DNA from: Eledone cirrhosa
Lineage: Eukaryota
Direction: 5' to 3'
Length of the DNA stretch: 64,000 nt
Assembly (NCBI GenBank): GCA_964016885.1
Contig: OZ024750.1
Coordinates: 3,720,001-3,784,000, forward strand
In this document: positions 55,001 to 64,000 of the stretch, piece after piece
Layout of the letters: every line of letters begins with the position of its first letter
Position numbering within the stretch: position 1 is the stretch's first letter
Notes under the pieces: model-generated
What the model was told of the DNA's origin: nothing
Database searches by the model: none
The model's input: only the letters and a program-made list of their open reading frames with translations
Made by a program: the position numbers and the translations under genes

Positions 55001-57477
55001 TTCTTAATTCTTCACCAAATATTAGTAGCTGCCTCACTTAGTATGGTATCTGTAGTATGATATAAATCATTGATATAAGTCTGTTCTGCACCAGCTTTAC
55101 CGTCATCCTCAGTTGCATGAACAACCTGATCCATTAAAATCATTCATCTTCATAATTTTTCTTCTTTTCTCCATACCTATCAATGCCTAGTGCTGATGTG
55201 TCAGTTATCAAGATTTATACCTTCCTTCTAGAATGAAGATGCATGGCTTAGTGGTTAGGCTTGCAATCGGGAGGTTGGGAGTTTGATTCTTGGACTGGGT
55301 GATGTGTTGTGTCCTTGAGCAAGACACTTTATTTCATGTTCCAGTTTACTCAGCTGTAGAAACAAGTTGTGATGTCATTAATGCCAAGTTGTATTGACCG
55401 TTGTCTTGGATAACATCGGTGATGTTGAGAAGAGAGACTGGTATGCATGGGTGACCACTGGTCTTCCACAAACAACTTTGCCCTGACTACTGCTAACTCT
55501 GTCTTGATGCCATCAGCATTTCTCAAATTCCCAGATTTCTCAAAGTGGTGGAATGGAAATCTCTGCAAATAATTTTTGAGTAAATATTTTGTTCCTGACT
55601 TATATTCTGGCATGAGCTATACATACATATATATATATAAATTATTTATTAAAATAACAGATTAAAGTTTAAGCAAAGAATCGCTGCTTTCACCCTTAAC
55701 GGGATCTTCTGAAGATCCTGTTAAGGGTGAAAGCAGCGATTCTTTGCTTAAACTTTAATCTGTTATTTTAATAAATATTTGCTCTAGGGTTCTTATATAT
55801 TTGATATATATTTATCCTTATCGAGCCCTCTTTGGATTTTAGTCTTCACATTTATTATTATTACTATATTTATATGAAAGCAGGGAAAAGCGGACGTAAA
55901 ATGATGATGATGATAATTTCTGAGCATTTCTTTAAAGAATGTTTTGTTTTCTTTTTATTTCTTTATCTTATGAGCTCTATGAGCTCCTTTAGCATCACTT
56001 CATCATTTTCTGAACTTCCTTCATTGTCATGGATAGATATCTTTTCATTTTCGAGAACATTGTTTTCTGAGGACTACTGAGATTTTGAATGCTAAGTCTT
56101 TTCCAGAAGTGATTCTATTTTTTTGCTGGAGGCGAGTGTTCTGTGTCTCAAAGAATGTTGTTTGTTTTTTGGTGCATATTGTCTTCAGTTCATTCAGCTA
56201 TCCAAAATAGTTATTTTGGTTTCCAATCTGGTTCAACATCAGATAAGAGTTAACAAGCCATCTATGAAGGTCAGCTGAAAGGTTTAATAGGCTGATGAAG
56301 ATACTCTCATGGAATGACCAAATGAGATTTATTTTTCAACATAGTCCCTGGAAAGAAGTAATGCAGTTATTAATAAGAAGAGTTGAAATTAATGCATGTA
56401 AGATTTCACAGCGCTAGCATCATTCCTTCATAGCCTATGGATTTTTCAATTAATGTATGCAAGATTTCACAGCAGTAGCATCACTCCTTCATAGTCAGCC
56501 TATGAACTTTTCAATTAATGTATGCAAGATTTCACAGCACTAGCATCACTCCTTCATAGTCTATGAACTTTTCAATTAATATATGCAAGATTGCTAGCTG
56601 AGAATATGGACGTTTTCTTTTGACAAATTTACCTTTCAGACAATATGTAATTTGGTAAATGTCCCTCCTTCATTTTTCAAGAGGTTAGAATAATTTCTTT
56701 TATTACAGGACCATCTTTTATGCTACCTCCCTGGAACATTAGCTCTTGGTTACATGCACGGACTTGGAGATGATCATTTAGAATTGGCCAAGAAACTCAT
56801 GAAAACTTGCTTCTTTATGTACAATCGAATGCCCACGAAACTGAGTCCTGAAATTGTGTACTTCAATATGGCTCCAGGGGCTAAGGAAGATTTGATTGTG
56901 AAGGTAAGTAAATCCTTAATTATGCAGAATAAATGTAATATAAAGCAAAAAATATCTGCTTTTTCTGGCTGGATATGGCCAGTTTAAATGAAGGGTTAAA
57001 ATAAACAGTTTTGTATCATAGAACCACGGGAGGCTTGGTAATCAGATGGGTTAAACTTCAGTTACCAATTTGTTTTTAAAGTTATTTTAATTTAGTATTT
57101 GTCTTTTCATTTAATTATAAATGTTTATAATTATATCTTTACAGGCTGTAGATGCTCACAATCTTCACCGACCAGAAACTGTAGAGAGCCTTTTTTATTT
57201 ATACCAAATTACTAAAGACAAAAAATACCAAGAGTGGGGTTGGATGATATTCCAAGCTTTTGAGAAATACACTAAGCTACCTAATGGTGGTTATTCTGCT
57301 ATCAATAATGTCAAAAGTATCACAAATCCTGGTTATACAGATAAAATGGAAAGCTTTTTCTTAGCGGAAACCCTTAAATATTTCTACCTACTTTTTGCAG
57401 AAGGTGATGCGATTATTCCCTTGGACAAATATGTATTTAACAGCGAAGCTCATCCATTGCCAATCTATAGTTCTTAA
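31945..57477 (+). CDS. MAN1B1: Endoplasmic reticulum mannosyl-oligosaccharide 1,2-alpha-mannosidase (GH47), 11 exons, 619 aa
   Basis: join(31945-32043, 41646-41888, 45728-45802, 45940-46012, 49399-49590, 49780-49928, 50851-51039, 52476-52663, 54079-54202, 56709-56903, 57145-57477) = 1860 nt, all GT-AG and in phase. GH47 motifs [66 protein letters not shown] and NSEAHP; N-terminal YDN..RR..S.WR-W..LS..QR followed by a TM segment, as in ER ManI. Confidence 0.95.
33273..33472. other. Assembly gap (200 N) in MAN1B1 intron 1
   Basis: Run of N. Confidence 1.
34468..34560. repeat. (CTT)n microsatellite
   Basis: About 30 perfect CTT units. Confidence 0.98.
37803..38090 (+). mobile_element. tRNA-derived SINE; related copies at ~8300-8540(-), 10575-10765(+), 14370-14610(-), 28430-28730(-), 47207-47350(+), 55235-55490(+)
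   Basis: Box A TGGCCTAGTGG and box B-like GGTTTGATACC, then the shared core gtgttcttgag..aacacttcac..gctccag..actcagctg. Confidence 0.8.
38821..38909 (-). ncRNA. Type I hammerhead-like motif, family B, at an inversion junction
   Basis: catt-CTGATGA-gggattt-CAGACG..CGTCTG-tcttcat-GAAA-CC-ttt-GG-TA^-aatg; base of stem II imperfect. A related 3' half (GAAACCttcGGTAatgaaataatt) occurs at 21463-21486. Confidence 0.6.
39157..39217 (-). ncRNA. Type I hammerhead ribozyme, family A (left arm of palindrome)
   Basis: ttttat-CTGATGA-AAGcACACCA-(taatttaact)-TGGTGTcCTT-GAAA-T-ATGT-A-TA^-atgaaa. Confidence 0.8.
39589..39649 (+). ncRNA. Type I hammerhead ribozyme, family A (right arm of palindrome)
   Basis: Same motif as 39157-39217, on the + strand. 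Confidence 0.8.
39764..39950. mobile_element. Tc1/mariner-type MITE (TA-flanked, ~30-bp TIRs); copies at 52688-52889, 56263-56590, partial 28745-28855
   Basis: TIR TA-YGAGGGTCGGCTGAAAAGTTCATAGGCTGAC ... GTCAGCCTATGAACTTTTCAGCCGACCCTCR-TA. Confidence 0.8.
41646..41888 (+). CDS. MAN1B1: MAN1B1 exon 2 (signal-anchor TM and coiled stem)
   Basis: [32 protein letters not shown]...; ttacag acceptor, gtaagt donor. Confidence 0.9.
42002..42306. repeat. Minisatellite, 22-bp unit x~13
   Basis: atctctcaatatcagagctgtg. Confidence 0.95.
43334..44614. repeat. Minisatellite, 60-bp unit x~21, near-identical
   Basis: gaataataatttaatataggtcattatagtaaccacactatcttatacatgtgtgtgtct. Confidence 0.98.
44720..44895 (-). 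mobile_element. Second tRNA-derived SINE family; copies at ~10370-10560, 15830-15960, 16960-17110, 20090-20220, 35400-35560, 37035-37230, 47695-47820
   Basis: Recurring ccccagtgc..actggtact..ttttatcgacc..aggatgaaagg..gatttgaactcagaac with tRNA-like boxes on the minus strand. Confidence 0.75.
45728..45802 (+). CDS. MAN1B1: MAN1B1 exon 3 (stem)
   Basis: [25 protein letters not shown]; ctacag acceptor, gtagcg donor. Confidence 0.75.
45940..46012 (+). CDS. MAN1B1: MAN1B1 exon 4 (stem)
   Basis: [24 protein letters not shown]; ttgtag acceptor, gtatgt donor; its phase 0 to 1 is what the next exon requires. Confidence 0.78.
46068..46183. mobile_element. Second TTAA-flanked MITE (~115 bp); copies at 12149-12264 and 14027-14142
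   Basis: TTAA|CCTTCTGGACGCTA ... TAGCGCGCTGAAGG|TTAA. Confidence 0.7.
49399..49590 (+). CDS. MAN1B1: MAN1B1 exon 5, start of GH47 domain
   Basis: [55 protein letters not shown]. Confidence 0.95.
49780..49928 (+). CDS. MAN1B1: MAN1B1 exon 6
   Basis: [50 protein letters not shown]. Confidence 0.95.
50851..51039 (+). CDS. MAN1B1: MAN1B1 exon 7
   Basis: [24 protein letters not shown]...[25 protein letters not shown]. Confidence 0.95.
51911..51977 (-). ncRNA. Type I hammerhead ribozyme, family A, intact core
   Basis: tattttat-CTGATGA-GGAcGTACTG-(ttgaagttagct)-CAGTACcTCT-GAAA-T-ATGT-A-TA^-ataaaata; 8-bp stem I. Confidence 0.82.
52476..52663 (+). CDS. MAN1B1: MAN1B1 exon 8
   Basis: [15 protein letters not shown]...[22 protein letters not shown]. 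Confidence 0.95.
53253..53655. repeat. SINE-derived minisatellite, 61-bp unit x~6.5
   Basis: tggatgtccttcctaacaccaaccactttacagagtgtactgggagcatggtttctatggc. Confidence 0.95.
54079..54202 (+). CDS. MAN1B1: MAN1B1 exon 9
   Basis: [41 protein letters not shown]; caacag acceptor, gtaagc donor. Confidence 0.93.
55643..55777. repeat. Near-perfect palindrome, 67-bp arms, centred on T55710
   Basis: ...cacccttaacgggatcttc-t-gaagatcctgttaagggtg...; one mismatch. Confidence 0.95.
56709..56903 (+). CDS. MAN1B1: MAN1B1 exon 10
   Basis: [18 protein letters not shown]...[13 protein letters not shown]...EDLIVK. Confidence 0.95.
57145..57477 (+). CDS. MAN1B1: MAN1B1 exon 11 (terminal)
   Basis: [20 protein letters not shown]...[19 protein letters not shown]...[13 protein letters not shown], then TAA. 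Confidence 0.96.
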   Translation, partial: AVDAHNLHRPETVESLFYLYQITKDKKYQEWGWMIFQAFEKYTKLPNGGYSAINNVKSITNPGYTDKMESFFLAETLKYFYLLFAEGDAIIPLDKYVFNSEAHPLPIYSS

Positions 57478-58765
57478 ATATATCAAAATTTCATTCAAAA
57501 TATTATAATTTCTTTTCTTTTACTATTTTTCCTCACAGAAAAATAAACAAAATGGTTGTAAAAAAAAAAAAAAGAACATTTTAAAAAAAATGTATGATTT
57601 TCAATCGTGAAGATTTTAAAGTACTTTATTATAAATGTTTCTTTTATTCGAAATTATTTTAAGACTATTTAACTATATGTTATTTAAACCCATCAAAAAT
57701 GTGAAATAGTGCTGTTAATTCTCTGATTTAAACTATGTTCTACAATAATAACACATCAAATTGTTACCAAGGTAAATATTACATTGAAAAACACCTTTAC
57801 ATTATCTGCTGATTAACTTTCATATTAAAACTATGAAAAATATCCCAAACCATGTATGGAATGTATAACAATCCAGGCAATAATACTAAAAAATATTTAA
57901 TATTTGGGGTCCCTTCAACAAAATTATATTCTATCGTATAAAAAAAAATTATATCAAGTTATTTTACTGAAAGTTAATGCAATATTCCAATTGATAAATA
58001 TCGTACATATTAGTTGTTCTTTGAATGAATTAACTATTATTTATGCTGATTTAATCTAATTTATAAATTAGATGAGCTGTTAAATACTGAAAAGGCATTG
58101 AAATGAAAATGTTTATGAAGATAAAATGCAATAGTTTTATCATTATGTATGTATATATGTATGTCTAGTTTTAAATCTGAAATGTTATGAACTTGTAACT
58201 GGGTAATAAATTTGGAACAACCTTCTTTCATCGGGAAATGGCCCAAATATTTTAATTGCCAATTACATATATGTGTAAGAATTATCTGAATGGGAAAAAA
58301 AGGAAAAAGAATATAATGTAAATATTTTTTATGGAAAAAAAAAAGGAAAGAAAAAATGTAATTCTTGATATTATAAAAATTCAATTGACATTGCCAAACT
58401 ATAGAGATTTATGATTAAATGATCCACTAGTATATTACTGGTATTCATTTAACCCAGCTGGATTTAAATTCAGAACTTGAGAACATAAAAGGGTGTAACT
58501 AAGTGGTACAGCCTTGTTTTTTTTTGCCATGCTCTTGGATATTGAATATGAGAAAGAAAAGGTAACAACTTGAGGTCTGTTTTACTGTGTATTTTGATAT
58601 TAATCCAAACATCTCATTGATCAGTTATCATCAAGATTTGCATGTCATTTTGTACAAAGTCAATAAAATATCTAATTTTTAGCAAAACAAAATATATAAG
58701 TTTAAAACGCTTCAGGATCATAGCTATAGTTTCAGAAAATTAAATTCATGTTCCACAACATATAT

Positions 58766-58817
<52 letters not shown>

Positions 58818-61145
58818 GCAAAATAACTCCCCTCTCTGCTTCCCAAGCTTTAACAAACTGAGCTGAATGTTTTACATACCTTGTTGGTTTGGTCCATTAG
58901 AGGAACTTGGTGGACCCCAATAGTAATATGGAATACACACACACACTGAAAGGGGTTGACCGATGTGAAATGAGGTTTTAATCATTTTGTGCACCCACAT
59001 ATCTGAGAAGACACAAAATCATTGTGAATTTCTTTTTGTTTTTACACCTTATTTGAGCATTAAAACCAAGTGGTTTGTGTGTGTATTGATGAAACCAGCT
59101 ATTAAAGTAACTGCTTCTAGTAATTCTTATAACTAAACATTAATGTATAAATTTCAGCTGCTTTTTGTATGGTTTATTGTTTCTTCTCTCTATATCAACT
59201 TGTTATGCTTAGTGCAAGATATATAATATTTGGAAATATAGAAATAATAAGAGATTATACTGACTGGGGTGGGGTGGGTTGGAGGGGGAGAAGGATCTAT
59301 ATTTTAAAATGCAGGAATTGATTGCAATATAATATTTCTAAAAGGTTTCTTCATATAAGGTAACTTACTTGCTTATCTAATGTGGTGTGAATGTTAACTA
59401 ATCATGTATTTGGGGTTATTACTGTGACGAGAACCACCTATGTCATGTACTTTACATATTCCATCCTTATTCTCAATAATTCCTGATAAATCAAATTTTC
59501 TGGAGGTTTTTTTTTTTATTTTGTTCTTCCTTAATCTCCAGTAAAGCTGTCCAGTAATAAATAATAGAATATAATGGACAAAATCCCCCATCCACTTCAA
59601 TCGATCTTCCTGCAAGTTCTTCTTCGCTAGAATTTATCGAGAAAACCATCATGAAAACCCAGTTAATGGATTCAAGATACTCATGTATATGTTTTCTCAC
59701 TTGCTTCACTGGGGGGAAAGATAGAGGATTTGCTTGTGGTTTATTGCATGCTGGTCTTTTGATTCAGCTGAAGCCAAAGAAATTAGGGATTTAGAACCTT
59801 TCATAATGTGATACCTTCCATAATTCTTTCAGTTGAATTTATTGTAATTCTATCTTTGAAATGAATTTTTATTTTATTTTATTATTGTTGCTTACTACTG
59901 AAGTATACCAGTTATTAACTGTCCCACAAGTATTTAATACCGAGGGAGCTTCTATGTAGTTATTTGATTTGCCAGAAATAGCAGCCAAGTACCCATCAGA
60001 TTGCATCCTACTGTCAAGTTAAGAGAGGACATTGCTTAACCTTTCAGCATTTACAATACTCTATATTTACTATTGTATTTTTGTGGTAAAGGCTTTACCT
60101 TACATAATTATCTCACATAATATCAAATCTATGAGATTTTGATATTATTTATTTTGAGAACCATACATTAACATCAGTATGAGCAGCCGGTTATGGCCTG
60201 TTTGTACAGAAAGAGGTGAGAGAATTCTGGACGGTTTAAATGCTAAAGGGTTAATGCTGTTCTACATACTCCTAAAGACAGGATGGTCATGGCTGGGATA
60301 TCTTTAATCATAAGTCTGCTTGATCAGGTTTGACTTATAAAGATATGCAAGTATGCTATATAACAGCTATTTAACTCCATTCTTATTTATCAAAAGTAAA
60401 TATTTCTTATAATATGGATGGAGAATGTATTCATACAATGAAACTAACCTAAAACTAGTCATCTGGTTCTACATAGCTAGATACCCAATATAGTAATAAC
60501 ATTTCAATATCATATATATACATGTATGTGTGTGTATATGTAATGTGTATATATATATATGTGTGTGTATATATATATATGTGTGTGTGTGTATATATAT
60601 ATATGTCTATGTATATAAATTTGTGAAAACAAATGAGTTCAGGCAATAAAATTTACTTTTTGTAACAAAATTGATTTGTCTCGTGTATTTTTTTTATTTT
60701 AACATTTTTAAAACCAATTTGCTTGAGACCACTTTTACCGAAGTGTTCATATTTAAATTCCAGAGGTCAACTTTGTCCATGGTGGATAAAATAAAGGGCA
60801 CTACAAAGCTATTAGCTGTCAGTCGAAGCAGCTGATGAAAGCAAAACATTGTTTATTTCTGTATTACTACCACGCGTAAGTGGAGTTACTTAATAGAATT
60901 TTTTTTTTTTTTTTCACGCGTTTTTTATTTTTTTTTTTATTAAAGCATATAGATGTAAGTGGAGTTACTTAAATGAAAATATAGGTGGCCCTTAAAAGGG
61001 CCAAATTAGAATATACCGCTGCGTTTTTACTAGTTACACACACACATATATATATATATACACACACGGTGTCCCCTCCAAAATATATACACACTTTGAT
61101 TACTTTGCTGTTGAAGTGTGTATACATTTTTTGGGACACTGTGTT

Positions 61146-61189
<44 letters not shown>

Positions 61190-61819
61190 GAGAAGGGAGA
61201 AATTTTTGGATGCTATACCTGACATAATAAAAAACCAAAATACACCCCTAACATTTGTCGGAATATCAATCACGAGAGTAGATAAATAAATATATAAATA
61301 CATAAATAAGAAATGATAGAAAAGGAAAAGAAAATCCCTACATTGTGTAATATTCCCAGTCACACCTAAATTTTCCCTAAATTTCAAAACCGGGAGGGAA
61401 AAGTCCGAGGGTTAAAATCCCAAATGATGGTACTTCAAATACTAGTGTATCCCTTCGCATTACAGTTTAAAGCAATACATATGATCGCTTTGATGACTCT
61501 TATTCGTTTCTAAGGGTCTCGTTTTTTCTCTTCTTTCTATCATATATATATATATGTCAAAATCTTTCCCTCTGTCTCTCTTTCCCTCTCTGTCTATCTT
61601 TTGCCATAAAAACGATAATGATAATCAATTCAATTAAGAAATATATATATATATTATTAGTATTATTATTAAAATTAAATACCATTTGTTCTGCGGCAGA
61701 GAACTTCATCTTCTCCATCATTCGCTCCTCCAGAATCGTAGTACTCGATGTTATTGTATGTGTGTGTTTCTGCATATATATATATATGTGTGGTGTATAT
61801 ACGCATTCACATATTTAGA

Positions 61820-61970
61820 GGTAATATCACGTGAACACAATCACGTGACAAATCACATTATTCTTTCAAAAGGAAAAGTTTGGCGCCATTTTTCTCCAGG
61901 GAGCACGAGTGTCAACAAACGCAAGAGAAAAGTCGAAGCGGTAAAAGCAAAAGATAAGAAAATGGTAAAT
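61820..61970 (+). promoter_or_regulatory. Probable promoter and first exon of a downstream gene (ATG-only coding portion)
   Basis: Two TCACGTGA E-boxes (61827-61834, 61841-61848), a YY1-type CGCCATTTT (61884-61892), local CpG enrichment, and ATG at 61962-61964 followed directly by GTAAAT. Confidence 0.5.
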
Positions 61971-62035
61971 AATATCAGTTTCTATTTATTAATATATTGT
62001 ATATATGTGTATGTATGTATATATATATATATATA

Positions 62036-63160
62036 ATGAGAATCTAAATTATGTTAATTTTAAATCTAATCACCCCACTAACATTAAAAATGCTATAGTT
62101 AGTAATATTGGAAAAAGAATATCAAACCTATCATCTAATAAAAATATCTTTGATGCTAACGCCAATTACTATAATAAGGCGCTTTCTAAAGCCGGTTATC
62201 CTGATAAAATCAAATACAGTAAAGAAACCAATCCTAGAAGATCTTACAGTAAAATAATTAATTATTATCATTCCAATAACATAAATAAAAGACCTAGATA
62301 CAAAAATATAATCTGGTATAATGCTCCTTTCTCTATTTCTATTAATAATAATATTCCTAAATTATTCTTTAGTGCCTTAAATAAATGCTTCCCTCCCTCA
62401 TATCTATAGTAAAATATTTAACACACATACTATAACATTTTCCTATTCCACCTCCTCCAACATCTCCAACATTATCTCTAAACACAACAATAAAATATTA
62501 AATACTAAATCACTTCCTTCCAACACTGAATATCATAATAATAGTAATAGTACTCCCGACGTCATTGTAAACTCTAGGATAATTTCTGCAAACTCAAATA
62601 CGACGTCAAACGTAACTTCGTCAAATGTTCACAATACCAATCTAAATCAGGAAACTATTATTCCTATCGTAAATAACTTCTCCAATCCAATTCCTCCTAT
62701 AGATAACACTAGGTTACTTGTTAATAACTCTGTTAATTTCTCTAATTGCAATTGTAATTGCCCTGTTAAAAATAAATGTCCTCTCAACAACCATTGTCTT
62801 GAAAAAAACTTAGTCTATGAATGTAAAGTTATAACTGATACCAATTCCTTTACCTATTTCGGCTCCACCTCCACCTTCAAAGCTCGTTTTTATAATCAAA
62901 ATTCTTCTTTTAAATAACAACTTAAAAGAACCAACACGGCACTCTCAGAACTCATATGGTCCTTGAAAGACAAAAATATTAACTATAACATCTCTTGGAG
63001 GAAAGTTTGTTCTGCCTCCCTATCCAGAACGTGTAATCTTTGTTTATGTGAGAAATTTACCATTATATCTAATTTAGATTCTATAATAAATAGACGCACT
63101 GACTTATTTTCTCTCTGCTTGCACAAATTCCACAAAACATTCCATAAAGTATACAGCTAA
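62036..63160 (+). mobile_element. 5'-truncated, decayed Penelope-like retroelement ORF (RT thumb, Cys-rich linker, GIY-YIG endonuclease), Naiad-like
   Basis: YVNFKSNHP..I..RISNLSS..F...Y.KAL..AGY, IIWYNAPFS, KIFN..T...SYS, CNC..K..CPL...CL....VYEC, YFGST..FK.R, LSELIWSLK, CNLCLCEK, INRR....CLH. Frameshift near 62407 and premature TAA at 62915-62917. Starts directly after a (TA)n tract. Confidence 0.88.
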
Positions 63161-64000
63161 TATTTAATACTTTACCAGTTTCTCAAAGGCTTATATATAT
63201 ATTTCTTTAAAAATATACCCATCTTTCTACCTTATTTCAATATTATTTATTATACATTATATAATACTAGTTACTCATTCTATATCATTCCTATTTATCA
63301 CTTTCCTTTCTTCCTCTTTTCTTTTAATTTCTAACCTCTAATCTGTACTTTTTCTTCCTAACTACTTCTCAATTCTTATTATTACTCACCACAACATATC
63401 CACTCTTCCATCTTTCTTCATATCATTGGCCATAAAAATTATTACTTTTTAAATACTTTATAGCATTACCTTTAAAAATCCTTCGTAAACATAAACATTT
63501 TTTGACGTTAGATTATTCCTCCTCAGTTCATTATATTTTTCTCCCTTTCATGCTCGTCTGACTTTTACATATTACATATTACAATACATAAAAACAAACT
63601 TAAATCCTAACTAATCTCCTTTATTACATTATATTGTTACCATTAGAAAATACTTCATAAACATATATATTTTGATGTTAGAGTCTTCTCTTCCTTAAAC
63701 ACTATTTTCTTCTTTGCTTTCTGCGCTCATTTGTAAACAATCTATTTACATATATTACGCATACATATTACATTAGATAAAAACAAACTTAAACATTAAC
63801 TAATTCCTCTAAATTCATAATTCATCCACTCTTCTACTTCTTTTCACCTTATATCCTTAATAACATTAACATTTTTATTTTAATAATACATATTAACAAT
63901 TTCTTTTCATCACACATATTAAACCCTTCAATATACAAACCTTAATTTAATATTATTCTTAATTTTTTTTTCTCTTCATCAACTTTTTATTTTCAAATTC

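Noticed and set aside
57542-57575. AATAAA followed by an A-run, suggesting a retrocopy poly(A) tail
   Set aside because: MAN1B1 keeps all its introns; this is a genomic A-tract in the 3' UTR.
59394-59850. Overlapping minus-strand ORFs downstream of MAN1B1
   Set aside because: No recognisable domain and no consistent spliced frame; could be UTR, lncRNA or a relic but cannot be supported.
60830-60870. CTGATGA motif as a hammerhead or C/D box
   Set aside because: No downstream GAAA and stem III, and no paired terminal stem.
62400-62920. Selenoprotein recoding in the Naiad-like ORF
   Set aside because: The disruptions are a frameshift and a TAA, not in-frame TGA at Cys positions; the Cys motifs use ordinary codons.

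Overview
AT-rich, intron-rich animal genomic DNA, probably an octopus or other coleoid cephalopod (inferred only from its SINE/RTE repeat content). Two divergent multi-exon genes could be rebuilt by hand with GT-AG junctions in consistent phase. SWT1 lies on the minus strand (20 coding exons, 20364 down to about 257, roughly 880-906 aa) and has an N-terminal WW domain, a Lys-rich region and a PIN nuclease domain. MAN1B1, the ER alpha-1,2-mannosidase (GH47), lies on the plus strand (11 exons, 31945-57477, 619 aa). Near 61830-61970 there is a probable promoter and first exon of a third gene, followed by a decayed Penelope-like element (GIY-YIG, Naiad-like) inserted in a (TA)n tract. Introns are filled with tRNA-derived SINEs, RTE and CR1-type LINE ends, mariner- and piggyBac-type MITEs and TE-derived minisatellites. 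There is one 200-N gap. The most notable signal is a set of about 10 type I hammerhead-ribozyme motifs from several sequence families. They sit in short non-coding elements inserted in (TA)n tracts. One family shows compensatory covariation in stem II, and several motifs lie in or at the junctions of long fold-back palindromes.
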